Positions 9,328 to 18,632 of a stretch of DNA of 61,822 bases are shown piece by piece. The notes under the pieces are model-generated. The model made no database searches and was not told where the DNA came from. It was given only the letters and a program-made list of their open reading frames with translations. The translations under genes were made by a program, and so were the position numbers. Numbering within the stretch: the first letter of the stretch is position 1; every line of letters starts with the position of its first letter. The stretch comes from Sphingomonas sp. (GTDB lineage Bacteria; Pseudomonadota; Alphaproteobacteria; Sphingomonadales; Sphingomonadaceae). The stretch is taken from contig JAIETY010000012.1 in the NCBI GenBank assembly GCA_019744885.1, positions 1 to 61,822 on the forward strand, read 5' to 3'.

Positions 9328-10002
9328 TTGGCGCAAAGGATAACCAAGATCACCGACAGCCCGGATTCACCGCAGACCGAACCATCGGCTGGCACCCTGA
9401 CGGGTTCCGCCGCGCCAACGGCTCCCGAGCGGGACCTGGAGCGGGCGCTCGGCAATCGCATCCGCGCGATCCGTCGCCAGCATGATCTATCGATCTCCGA
9501 CCTTGCCAGCGCGGCGGGGATTTCCAACGGGATGCTGTCGAAGATCGAGAATGGCGGCATCTCGCCCTCGCTGTCCACGCTGCAGTCAATATCGCAAGTG
9601 CTGCAGGTGCCGCTGTCGTCGCTGTTCGCCTCGTTCGAGGATCGCCAGGACTGCTCGTTCGTTCCCGCTGGTCATGGCCTGACGATCGAACGACGCGGGA
9701 CCAAGGTCGGCCATGTCTATCAATTGCTCGGCCATGCGCTGCGCGGGGATGTGGTGGTCGAGCCCTATCTGATCACGCTGCAGGAAAATGCCGCGCCGCA
9801 CACATCGTTCAGCCATGCCGGGGTCGAGTTCATCCATATGATCGAGGGCGAAGTGCTCTATCGCCACGGCGCGGAGACATACCGGCTGCGCGAAGGCGAT
9901 TCGCTGATGTTCGACAGCAGCGCGCTGCACGGCCCGGAGGAGATGGTGAGTGCCGGAACCCGCTATCTGTCGATCATCGTCTATCCGCGCACCGAGCCGT
10001 GA
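9328..10002 (+). CDS. XRE-family HTH + cupin transcriptional regulator
   Basis: LSISDLASAAGISNGMLSKIENGGISPSLSTL; cupin HAGVEF...GDSLMFDS...HG; TTG start uncertain. Confidence 0.9.
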   Translation: MAQRITKITDSPDSPQTEPSAGTLTGSAAPTAPERDLERALGNRIRAIRRQHDLSISDLASAAGISNGMLSKIENGGISPSLSTLQSISQVLQVPLSSLFASFEDRQDCSFVPAGHGLTIERRGTKVGHVYQLLGHALRGDVVVEPYLITLQENAAPHTSFSHAGVEFIHMIEGEVLYRHGAETYRLREGDSLMFDSSALHGPEEMVSAGTRYLSIIVYPRTEP

Positions 10003-10019
10003 TCGGGCGGCTGAGAATG

Positions 10020-10080
10020 TTTCCTTAAAAGAAACTACTGTTCCCATCAGTTGACAATGCCGCGTGATTATCCGTAGCGT
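10020..10080 (+). promoter_or_regulatory. mgs operon promoter with an upstream TTTC-N7-GAAA dyad
   Basis: TTTCCTTAAAAGAAA at 10020-10034; TTGACA at 10051; TAGCGT at 10075 (18-nt spacer). Confidence 0.55.
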
Positions 10081-10112
10081 GTGGCCATGCCACCAAAGGG
10101 AAATCGACTGCG

Positions 10113-10988
10113 ATGTGCGGGATCGTCGGACTGTTCCTGAAAGACCAATCGCTGGAACCGCAGTTAGGACAATTGCTGTCCGGCATGCTGGCGGTGATGA
10201 CTGATCGCGGCCCCGACAGCGCCGGATTTGCGGTCTATGGCGCGGGTGACAAGGCGCATTTGAAACTCACCGTGCGCGGACCCAATTTGGGCGATGTCGT
10301 CGCGTCGATTGGCGGCGGCGTGACCGGCGTGGTGCGCGATACGCACCTCGTTTTGACCTTTGCCAAGGGCGACGAGGACCGGGTGCGCGGCTGGCTGGCG
10401 GCGAACCGTCCCGACATCGCCATTATCGGCGTCGGCGAGCGGATCGAGCTCTACAAGGAAGTCGGCCTGCCCGCCGAGGTGGCAAGCCGGTTCGACCTGG
10501 CATCGATGACGGGCAGCCACGGCATCGGCCATACCCGCATGGCGACCGAAAGCGCGGTGACGACGGCGGGCGCGCATCCCTTCTCGACCGGTGCGGACCA
10601 GTGCCTGGTGCACAATGGATCGCTTTCCAACCATTGCAGCCTGCGGCGAATGCTCGAACCCAAGGGCATCAGCTTTGCGACCGACAATGACAGCGAAGTG
10701 GCGGCGGGCTATCTGACCTGGCGGATGCGCGAAGGGGCGACACTGGCCGAGGCGCTCGAGGCGGGGTTGAGCGATCTCGACGGCTTCTTCACCTTCGTCG
10801 TTGGCACCGAAAGCGGCTTTGCGGTGCTGCGCGACCCAATCTCGTGCAAGCCTGCGGTGATGGCCGAGACCGATCGCTATGTCGCGTTCGGCTCCGAATA
10901 TCGTGCGCTGGTCGGCCTGCCGGGGATCGAGACGGCGCGCGTCTTCGAGCCCGAACCGGCGCGTGTTTATGCCTGGGAGCGGCAGTGA
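10113..10988 (+). CDS. mgsA: Class II glutamine amidotransferase-like N-methylglutamate synthase subunit A (glxB)
   Basis: N-terminal MCGIVG, DRGPDSAG, GHTRMATES, VHNGSLSNH, NDSEVAA. Confidence 0.9.
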   Translation: MCGIVGLFLKDQSLEPQLGQLLSGMLAVMTDRGPDSAGFAVYGAGDKAHLKLTVRGPNLGDVVASIGGGVTGVVRDTHLVLTFAKGDEDRVRGWLAANRPDIAIIGVGERIELYKEVGLPAEVASRFDLASMTGSHGIGHTRMATESAVTTAGAHPFSTGADQCLVHNGSLSNHCSLRRMLEPKGISFATDNDSEVAAGYLTWRMREGATLAEALEAGLSDLDGFFTFVVGTESGFAVLRDPISCKPAVMAETDRYVAFGSEYRALVGLPGIETARVFEPEPARVYAWERQ

Positions 10989-11677
10989 TGGAGACGGTCG
11001 ATCTCGCCGTCACCTCGCGCCGCGATCTCAACGCCCGGCTGCATGCCTTGCCAGGCCACACCAACGAAACCTTGTGGCGGGTCGAGAATCCGGGCGGCCA
11101 GCATGCGCTCGCGGTTGGGTTAACTGCCTCGGTCACGGTCGAGATTGCGGGCCATGCCGGTTATTATTGCGCGGGGATGAATCAGCAGGCGACCGTGGTG
11201 ATCGAGGGCAATGCGGGCGTCGGTGTCGCGGAAAACATGATGTCGGGCCGCGTCCACGTGAAGGGCGACGCGAGTCAGGCGGCGGGGGCGACGGCGCATG
11301 GCGGCCTGCTGGTGATTGAAGGCAATGCCGCTGCCCGCTGCGGCATTTCGATGAAGGGCATCGACATCGTCGTGAAGGGATCGATCGGCCCAATGAGCGC
11401 CTTCATGGCGCAATCGGGCACACTGGTCGTGCTGGGCGATGCCGGCGAGGCGCTGGGCGATTCGATCTATGAAGCGCGGCTCTATGTGCGCGGCACGGTC
11501 GCCAGCCTAGGCGCGGATTGCGTCGAAAAGCCGATGTGGCCGGAACATCTTACCGAATTGCGCGCGCTGCTCGACGCCGCCGGGGTCGATGCCTCGGTCG
11601 ATCCGGCGAGCTTCAAGCGCTATGGTTCGGCGCGGACGCTTTACAATTTCCACGTCGACAACGCTGCGGCTTACTGA
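10988..11677 (+). CDS. mgsB: GXGXG-domain N-methylglutamate synthase subunit B (glxC)
   Basis: GYYCAGMN, AENMMSG, RCGISMKG, ALGDSIYEA; TGATG coupling with mgsA. Confidence 0.9.
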   Translation: METVDLAVTSRRDLNARLHALPGHTNETLWRVENPGGQHALAVGLTASVTVEIAGHAGYYCAGMNQQATVVIEGNAGVGVAENMMSGRVHVKGDASQAAGATAHGGLLVIEGNAAARCGISMKGIDIVVKGSIGPMSAFMAQSGTLVVLGDAGEALGDSIYEARLYVRGTVASLGADCVEKPMWPEHLTELRALLDAAGVDASVDPASFKRYGSARTLYNFHVDNAAAY

Positions 11678-11689
11678 GGGGCGCTGGAC

Positions 11690-13021
11690 ATGGACATCGA
11701 CAACATCCCCCGCACCCTGCCCCGCCAGTCTGCGACCTTCGATCCCTATACCCTGTCCGAGATCCGGCGTGCTGCGGCGACGGGAATCTATGACATTCGC
11801 GGTGCAGGGGCAAAGCGCGCGCTGCCGCATTTCGACGATTTGCTGTTTCTGGGGGCATCGATCTCGCGCTATCCACTGGAGGGCTATCGCGAGAAATGCG
11901 CCACCGATGTGTGGCTCGGCACGCGCTATGCCAGCAAGCCCATTCATCTGAAGATACCCGTCACCATTGCAGGCATGAGCTTTGGCTCGCTGTCTGCGCA
12001 GGCCAAGGAAGCGCTGGGGCGCGGCGCGACGCTGGCGGGCACGTCGACCACCACCGGCGATGGCGGCATGACGCCCGAGGAGCGTGGGCAATCGCAGACA
12101 TTGGTCTATCAATATCTCCCCTCGCGCTATGGCATGAACCCCGATGATCTGCGCAAGGCCGATGCGATCGAGGTGGTGATCGGCCAGGGCGCCAAGCCGG
12201 GGGGCGGCGGCATGCTGCTCGGCCAGAAGATATCCGACCGCGTTGCCGAGATGCGCAACCTGCCGATAGGGATCGACCAGCGCTCCGCCTGCCGCCACCC
12301 CGACTGGACCGGCCCCGACGACCTGGAAATCAAGGTCGAGGAGCTGCGCGAGATCACCGATTGGGAGAAACCCATTTATGTAAAGATCGGCGCGACGCGG
12401 CCTTATTACGATGTTGCGCTGGCGGTGAAGTCCGGCGCGGATGTCGTGGTGCTGGATGGCATGCAGGGGGGCACCGCCGCGACGCAGGAAGTGTTTATCG
12501 AGCATGTCGGCATCCCGATCCTCGCCGCGATCCGCCCGGCCGTGCAGGCGCTGCAGGATCTGGGCATGCACCGCAAAGTCCAGCTGATCGTGTCGGGCGG
12601 CATCCGCAGCGGGGCCGATGTCGCCAAGGCGCTGGCACTGGGGGCCGATGCGGTCGCGATCGGCACGGCAGCCTTGGTGGCGCTGGGCGACAATGATCCA
12701 GTGCACGAGGCGGAGTATCAGGCGCTCGGCTCGACCGCCGGTGCCTATGACGACTGGCAGGAGGGCCGTGATCCGGCCGGGATCACCACGCAGGACCCGC
12801 TGCTCGCCGCGCGGCTCGATCCGGTCGCGGCGGGGCGGCGGCTCGCCAATTATCTGGCGGTGCTGACACTGGAAGCGCAGACGATCGCGCGGGCGTGCGG
12901 CAAGAGCCACCTCCATAATCTGGAGCCAGAGGATCTGGTCGCGCTGACGATCGAGGCCGCCGCGATGGCGCGGGTGCCGCTGGCCGGAACCGACTGGATT
13001 CCCGGCTCTGGCCGTTTGTGA
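11690..13021 (+). CDS. mgsC: FMN-binding glutamate-synthase-like N-methylglutamate synthase subunit C (glxD)
   Basis: IAGMSFGSLS, TTGDGG, GQGAKPGGGG, RHPDWTGPDDL, SGGIRSGADV. Confidence 0.92.
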   Translation: MDIDNIPRTLPRQSATFDPYTLSEIRRAAATGIYDIRGAGAKRALPHFDDLLFLGASISRYPLEGYREKCATDVWLGTRYASKPIHLKIPVTIAGMSFGSLSAQAKEALGRGATLAGTSTTTGDGGMTPEERGQSQTLVYQYLPSRYGMNPDDLRKADAIEVVIGQGAKPGGGGMLLGQKISDRVAEMRNLPIGIDQRSACRHPDWTGPDDLEIKVEELREITDWEKPIYVKIGATRPYYDVALAVKSGADVVVLDGMQGGTAATQEVFIEHVGIPILAAIRPAVQALQDLGMHRKVQLIVSGGIRSGADVAKALALGADAVAIGTAALVALGDNDPVHEAEYQALGSTAGAYDDWQEGRDPAGITTQDPLLAARLDPVAAGRRLANYLAVLTLEAQTIARACGKSHLHNLEPEDLVALTIEAAAMARVPLAGTDWIPGSGRL

Positions 13022-13043
13022 TCTCTGGGGAGGGGACAAGAGG

Positions 13044-14342
13044 ATGACGATCGATCTGGCCAAAGTCGCGGCGGACAAGGGCATCCGCTACTTCCTGATT
13101 TCCTATACCGACCTGTTCGGCAATCAGCGCGCCAAGCTGGTCCCCGCCGCCGCGATCAGCGGCATGCAGAAGAATGGCGCTGGGTTCGCCGGGTTTGCGA
13201 CCTGGCTCGATATGACGCCCGCCGATCCTGACCTCTTCGCGCTATCCGACCCGGCAAGCTTCCATCAATTGCCGTGGAAGCCCGATGTCGGCTGGGTCGC
13301 CGCCGACCTGTGGATGGGCGGCAAGCCCGTCGAGCATGGCCCGCGCAACGCTTTGAAGCGGCAAATCGCCCGCGCCGCCGATCAGGGCCTGCAGATGAAG
13401 ACCGGAGTGGAATGCGAATTCTTCCTGATCTCACCCGACGGCTCGATGATCGGCGATGCTGCCGACACCCAAGTAAAGCCCTGTTATGACCAGCAGGCGC
13501 TGATGCGCCGCTATGACGTGATCACCGAGATTTGCGATGCGATGCTGGCGCTTGGCTGGCAGCCCTATCAAAACGACCATGAGGACGCGAACGGGCAGTT
13601 CGAGATGAATTGGCATTATGACGATGCGCTCGTCACCGCCGATCGCCACGCTTTTTTCAAGTTCATGGTCAAATCGATCGTCGAAAAACACGGCATGCGC
13701 GCGACCTTCATGCCCAAGCCCTTCGCCAATCTGACTGGCAATGGCTGCCACATGCATGTCTCGATGTGGCGCGACGGACAGAATGCGTTCGAGGACCCCA
13801 CCGCGTCATCCGGCCTGTCGCCGCTCGCGCTGAGCGTGATCGGCGGGCTGATCCACTCCGCCGATGCGCTCGCCGCCTTCCTCAACCCGACCGTCAACAG
13901 CTATAAGCGGATCAACGCGCCGCGCACCGCATCCGGCGCGACATGGGCGCCCAATTCGGTGACCTGGACCGGCAACAATCGCACCCATATGATCCGCGTG
14001 CCCGAGGGCGACCGGTTCGAGCTGCGGCTCGCCGACGGCGCGGTGAACCCCTATCTGATGCCCGCCGCCGTGCTCGCCGCCGGGTTGGACGGGATGGCGC
14101 GCCAGCGCGATCCCGGCCCGCGGCTCGACATCAACATGTACACCGACGGCCACACCGTGCCCGACGCCAAGAAGCTGCCGCTCAACCTGCTCGATGCGCT
14201 GCGCGCGCTGGAGGGATCGGGCGTGCTCGGCGAGGCACTGGGATCGCTGGTGCCGGCCTATCTGAAGCTGAAGCACGCCGAGTGGAATGATTATGCCCGC
14301 CATTTGACGCAGTGGGAGCGGGACACCACGCTCGATTGCTGA
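13044..14342 (+). CDS. gmaS: Gamma-glutamylmethylamide synthetase (type III glutamate-ammonia ligase, glnT)
   Basis: GAGFAGFA, KPCYDQQALMRRY, NDHEDANGQFEMN, TFMPKPF, GNNRTHMIR; directly follows mgsABC. Confidence 0.9.
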   Translation: MTIDLAKVAADKGIRYFLISYTDLFGNQRAKLVPAAAISGMQKNGAGFAGFATWLDMTPADPDLFALSDPASFHQLPWKPDVGWVAADLWMGGKPVEHGPRNALKRQIARAADQGLQMKTGVECEFFLISPDGSMIGDAADTQVKPCYDQQALMRRYDVITEICDAMLALGWQPYQNDHEDANGQFEMNWHYDDALVTADRHAFFKFMVKSIVEKHGMRATFMPKPFANLTGNGCHMHVSMWRDGQNAFEDPTASSGLSPLALSVIGGLIHSADALAAFLNPTVNSYKRINAPRTASGATWAPNSVTWTGNNRTHMIRVPEGDRFELRLADGAVNPYLMPAAVLAAGLDGMARQRDPGPRLDINMYTDGHTVPDAKKLPLNLLDALRALEGSGVLGEALGSLVPAYLKLKHAEWNDYARHLTQWERDTTLDC

Positions 14343-14385
14343 CATGCTAAGCGAATAACAAAAGACGCGGGTGGGAGGACAAAAC

Positions 14386-15300
14386 ATGGCAATGCTTGAG
14401 GGCAAGGTGGTCGCCGTCACCGGGGCGGGGCGCGGGATCGGACGCGAAATAGCGCTGCTCTGCGCGCGCGAAGGGGCAGCCGTCGTCATCAATGATTTCG
14501 GCGGATCGGCGGACGGCGAGGGTGTCGATGCCGGGCCAGCGCAGGAAACCGCGAACGATATCAAGTCGGCGGGCGGGCGCGCCATCGCAAATACCGCCAG
14601 CGTCGCCGACCCGGCAGGTGCCGCATCGATCATCGAAGATGCGGTCAAGTCCTTCGGGCAGATCGACGCGGTGGTGAACAATGCCGGAATCCTGCGCGAC
14701 CGCATTTGGCACAAGATGAGCCATGAGGATTGGAGCGCGGTGATCGACGTCCATCTGAACGGCGCATTCAACGTGTCCAAGGCGGCAACCCCCTATTTCC
14801 GCGATCAGGGATCGGGCAGTTTCATCCACTTCACCTCGACCAGCGGCCTGATCGGCAATTTCGGCCAGGCGAACTATTCCGCCGCCAAACTCGGCATTGT
14901 GGGCTTGTCGCAATCGATCGCGCTCGACATGGCGCGCGCGGGCGTGCGGTCGAACTGCATCGCGCCCTTCGCCTGGAGCCGCCTTGTCGCGACCATCCCG
15001 GCGACGACGCCCGAAGAAGAAGCGCGGATCGAGCGGTTGAAAACGATGAGCGCGGACAAGATCGCGCCGCTCGTCGCCTTCCTCGCTTCCGATGCGGCGA
15101 AAGAGGTCACCAACCAGATCTTCGGCGTGCGCAAGAACGAGATTTTCCTCTTCTCGAAACCGCGCCCGATCCGGTCGATGCAAAAATCCGAAGGATGGAC
15201 GCCGACCAGCATCGCCGAGGAACTGCTGCCCGCCTTCCGCCCCAGCTTCGCCGATCCTGCCGAGCGATCAGGCGATGTGTTCAGCTACGATCCGATCTGA
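14386..15300 (+). CDS. SDR, MFE-2-like dehydrogenase
   Basis: TGAGRGIG, NNAGILRD, GNFGQANYSAAK. Confidence 0.9.
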   Translation: MAMLEGKVVAVTGAGRGIGREIALLCAREGAAVVINDFGGSADGEGVDAGPAQETANDIKSAGGRAIANTASVADPAGAASIIEDAVKSFGQIDAVVNNAGILRDRIWHKMSHEDWSAVIDVHLNGAFNVSKAATPYFRDQGSGSFIHFTSTSGLIGNFGQANYSAAKLGIVGLSQSIALDMARAGVRSNCIAPFAWSRLVATIPATTPEEEARIERLKTMSADKIAPLVAFLASDAAKEVTNQIFGVRKNEIFLFSKPRPIRSMQKSEGWTPTSIAEELLPAFRPSFADPAERSGDVFSYDPI

Positions 15301-15310
15301 TCGCCCGGCC

Positions 15311-16507
15311 ATGTATCCCCTGCTCTCCGGCCTGACGGTGATTGAGGCGTCGTCATTCGTGGCGTCGCCCTCGGCCGGGCTGTATCTTGCGCAGATGGGC
15401 GCGGAGGTGATCCGCGTCGACCAGATCGGCGGCGGCCCCGATTTCGGGCGCTGGCCGCAGGCGGCGAACGGGGCGAGCCTTTATTGGGAGAATCTCAACC
15501 GCGCCAAGAAATCGGTCGCGCTCGATTTGGGACGCGCCGAGGGGCGCGAATTGCTGCAGCAAATGGTGCGCAGCATTGGCCAGTGCCTGACCAATTTTCC
15601 GGTTACCGGTTTCATGGCGCATGACCGGCTGGCCGAGGAGCGCGCGGACCTGATCACCGTGCGCGTCATGGGGATGGCCGATGGCAGTCCGGCGCTCGAT
15701 TACACCGTCAATGCGGCGGTCGGTTATCCGGATATGACCGGCATGGGGCCGGAGCCGGTCAACCATGTCCTGCCCGCCTGGGATTTACTGACGGGTGCCT
15801 ATGCCGCCTTTGCAATGCTGGCGGCGATCCAGCACCGGCAGGCGACCGGGTTTGGTCAGGAAGTGCGCATCCCGCTCAGCGATGTCGCGATCGGCACCGT
15901 GGCCAATCTGGGATCGATCGCCGAAATGCGCCACACCGGCGCCAATCGCGAGCGGCTGGGCAATGCGGTGTTCGGGGCATTCGGCAAGGATTTCGTTACC
16001 CGCGACGGCGTGCGCGTGATGGTGATGGCGATCACCCCCCGGCAATGGGCGGGCCTGATCGCGGTGCTCGATATGGCGGCCGATGTTGCCGCGATCGAGC
16101 AGGCGCGCGGCGTCAGCTTCGCGCAGGATGAGGGGCTACGCTTCCAGCACCGCGACGCGCTTTTTCCGCTAGTGGCGGGCAAGATCGCCGCGCGCGATTA
16201 TGCCGAGCTGAAAACTCAGTTCGATGCGCATGGCTGCTGTTACGGCCCCTATCAGACGATGCTCGATGCAGCGCATGATCCGGTCCTCGTCGGCAGCAAC
16301 CCGATATTCGGCGAGGCAGCCAACCCCAGCGGCGTCGCCTATCCGGCGGCGGGGGCCTTCGCGACGATCCCGCAGCTCGAACGCGGCGCGCCCCGCCCCG
16401 CGCCCCGGCTCGGTGCGGACAGCGATGAGATACTGGAGCGCGTGCTCGGCCTGTCGTCGGGCCAGGTCGCGACGCTCCACGACAAAGGGCTGGTCGCGCA
16501 GGCGTGA
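15311..16507 (+). CDS. Class III CoA-transferase, mesaconyl-CoA C1-C4 transferase (2-methylfumaryl-CoA isomerase)-like
   Basis: SSFVASP, GGGPDFGRWP, SLYWENLNRAKKS, DYTVNAAVGYP, NHVLPAWD. Confidence 0.8.
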   Translation: MYPLLSGLTVIEASSFVASPSAGLYLAQMGAEVIRVDQIGGGPDFGRWPQAANGASLYWENLNRAKKSVALDLGRAEGRELLQQMVRSIGQCLTNFPVTGFMAHDRLAEERADLITVRVMGMADGSPALDYTVNAAVGYPDMTGMGPEPVNHVLPAWDLLTGAYAAFAMLAAIQHRQATGFGQEVRIPLSDVAIGTVANLGSIAEMRHTGANRERLGNAVFGAFGKDFVTRDGVRVMVMAITPRQWAGLIAVLDMAADVAAIEQARGVSFAQDEGLRFQHRDALFPLVAGKIAARDYAELKTQFDAHGCCYGPYQTMLDAAHDPVLVGSNPIFGEAANPSGVAYPAAGAFATIPQLERGAPRPAPRLGADSDEILERVLGLSSGQVATLHDKGLVAQA

Positions 16508-16544
16508 CGGCGGGGCGCTACCCGCACAAGGGACAGGACAGACG

Positions 16545-17693
16545 ATGCACGATTATGCCGACATTCGCGAGGAAGTGGCCAAGCTCTGCCAGCAATATCC
16601 CGGCGACTATTGGCGCGCCAAGGATCGCGAGCGCGCCTACCCGACCGAATTCGTCACTGCACTGGCCGAGGCCGGCTATCTCGCCGCACTGATCCCCGAG
16701 GAATTTGGCGGTGCCGGCCTCCCCATTTCGGGCGCGGCTGCGATCCTGGAGGAAATCCAGCGACAAGGTTGCAATGGCGGCGCCTGCCATGCGCAGATGT
16801 ATATCATGGGCACGCTGCTGCGGCACGGATCGGACGCCCAAAAGGCCGCGTATCTACCGCGCATCGCGACCGGTGAACTGCGCCTGCAGGCATTCGGCGT
16901 GACCGAGCCGACCAGCGGCACCGACACGCTGGCGCTCAAGACGACAGCCAAGCGCGACGGCGACGATTATGTCGTCAACGGCCAGAAGATTTGGACCAGC
17001 CGCGCCGAACATAGCGACCTGATGCTGCTGCTCGCCCGCACCACCCCGCGCGAGGAAGCCGCGAAACGCACCGAGGGCCTGTCGGTGTTCCTCGTCGATA
17101 TGCGGACAGCGGTCGGCAACGGCCTCACTATCCGCCCAATCGAAACGATGATGAATCATTCGACGACCGAGGTTTTTTTCGACAATCTCCGCGTCCCCGC
17201 CGCCAATCTGATCGGCGACGAGGGCCAGGGCTTTCGTTATATCCTGTCGGGCATGAACGCCGAGCGGCTGCTGATCGCGGCGGAATGCGTGGGCGATGCC
17301 AAGTGGTTCATCGACAAGGCAAGCGGCTATGCCAAAGAGCGCGTGCTGTTCAACCGCCCGATCGGCCAGAACCAGGGCGTGCAATTCCCGATCGCACGCG
17401 CCTATGCGCAGATGCGCGCCGCCGAGCTTATGGTGCAGGAGGGTTTGCGCAAATATGAGGCTGGCGAGGCGGTCGGCGAAGAGGCGAACATCGCCAAGAT
17501 GTTGGCCGCAGAGGCAAGCTGGGCCGCGGGCGAGGCCTGTATCCAGACGCATGGCGGCTTCGGCTTTGCGGCCGAATATGACATCGAGCGCAAGTTCCGC
17601 GAGACGCGGCTCTATCAGGTCGCGCCGATTTCAACCAACATGATCCTCTCCTTCATCGCTGAGCATGTCCTCGGCCTGCCCCGGAGCTATTGA
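16545..17693 (+). CDS. Acyl-CoA dehydrogenase, methylsuccinyl-CoA dehydrogenase-like by context
   Basis: ACHAQMY, LQAFGVTEPTSGTDT, GQKIWTSRAEHSD, RETRLYQVAPIS. Confidence 0.88.
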   Translation: MHDYADIREEVAKLCQQYPGDYWRAKDRERAYPTEFVTALAEAGYLAALIPEEFGGAGLPISGAAAILEEIQRQGCNGGACHAQMYIMGTLLRHGSDAQKAAYLPRIATGELRLQAFGVTEPTSGTDTLALKTTAKRDGDDYVVNGQKIWTSRAEHSDLMLLLARTTPREEAAKRTEGLSVFLVDMRTAVGNGLTIRPIETMMNHSTTEVFFDNLRVPAANLIGDEGQGFRYILSGMNAERLLIAAECVGDAKWFIDKASGYAKERVLFNRPIGQNQGVQFPIARAYAQMRAAELMVQEGLRKYEAGEAVGEEANIAKMLAAEASWAAGEACIQTHGGFGFAAEYDIERKFRETRLYQVAPISTNMILSFIAEHVLGLPRSY

Positions 17694-18520
17694 TGGGCGC
17701 TTGGGATGCCTGGATCGGTGGTGAGGAGACTCGCGCTGACCAGCTGACTCCGGCCCTGCTCGCCCGATTCCGCGCTACGATCGACAGTGAAGCGACCGGC
17801 GACACTGCGCCGCAGGGCATTCATTTCTGCCTCTGCACGCCCGATACAGCCACGGGCTATCTTGATGCCGACGGTCATCCCAGGCGTGGCGGCCTGCTGC
17901 CCCCGGTGCCGCTGCCCCGCCGCATGTGGGCGTCGAGCAAGATCGATTTTCTCAGCCCCATCCCCGCAGGCGCGGCGATCACCCGCCAATCCACCGTCGC
18001 CGACATCCAGGAGAAAACCGGCACAGCCGGCGCGCTTGTCTTCGTGACGATTGAGCATCTCACCCATGCCGAAGGCGTCGCGGCGGTGCGCGAGGAACAG
18101 ACCATCGTCTACCGCGCGGCATCGACCGACGCGCCCGCGCCGCGCCCGGCGGATCAGCCGGTCGACCTGTCCGACTGGCCATGGCGCCGCCCGCTCACCC
18201 CCGGCCCAACGCTGCTGTTCCGCTATTCTGCGCTGACCTTCAACAGCCACCGCATCCATTACGACCTGCCCTATGCGGTGGAAGAAGAGTGCTATCGCGG
18301 CCTCGTCGTCCACGGCCCGCTCACCGCGACTTTGCTGCTCGATCTGGTCGCGCGCGAAATTGGGCACAACCGCCTCCGCCACTTCGCGTTTCGCGGTGCG
18401 GCCCCGGCCTTTGCGGGCGAGCCGCTGCATCTGGTCGGCAGGCAGACAGGCGACGCCATCACGCTGTCCGCGCTGGGCGGCGATGGTCGCACGATCATGA
18501 CCGCCGACGCAGCGCTATGA
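17693..18520 (+). CDS. Double hot-dog hydratase, mesaconyl-C4-CoA / itaconyl-CoA hydratase-like
   Basis: DGHPRRGGLLPPVPLPRRMWA, LFRYSALTFNSHRIHYD, LVVHGPL. Confidence 0.85.
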   Translation: MGAWDAWIGGEETRADQLTPALLARFRATIDSEATGDTAPQGIHFCLCTPDTATGYLDADGHPRRGGLLPPVPLPRRMWASSKIDFLSPIPAGAAITRQSTVADIQEKTGTAGALVFVTIEHLTHAEGVAAVREEQTIVYRAASTDAPAPRPADQPVDLSDWPWRRPLTPGPTLLFRYSALTFNSHRIHYDLPYAVEEECYRGLVVHGPLTATLLLDLVAREIGHNRLRHFAFRGAAPAFAGEPLHLVGRQTGDAITLSALGGDGRTIMTADAAL

Positions 18521-18533
18521 ACCGCCGCCAGCC

Positions 18534-18569
18534 TGTCGCAAATTACCGGCTAATCTGTCGCATTCCGCC
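18534..18569 (+). promoter_or_regulatory. Bipartite 22-bp-period motif, copy A
   Basis: TGTCGCAAATTACC-N8-TGTCGCATTCCGCC upstream of the SDR at 18633. Confidence 0.65.
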
Positions 18570-18632
18570 CCGGATTATTAGCCGCGCCTTCCTGTATCAC
18601 GCCCACTGAAACCACTTTGTTCGGGAAATTCC

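Noticed and set aside
10113-14342. Reading as an ordinary GS/GOGAT ammonium assimilation cluster
   Set aside because: The split three-gene form, type III GS-like motifs and linkage to sox-like genes and purU fit mgsABC/gmaS
1167-14385. Mobile-element boundaries for the methylamine module
   Set aside because: No integrase, transposase, tRNA or flanking direct repeat seen, so it was not called a mobile element
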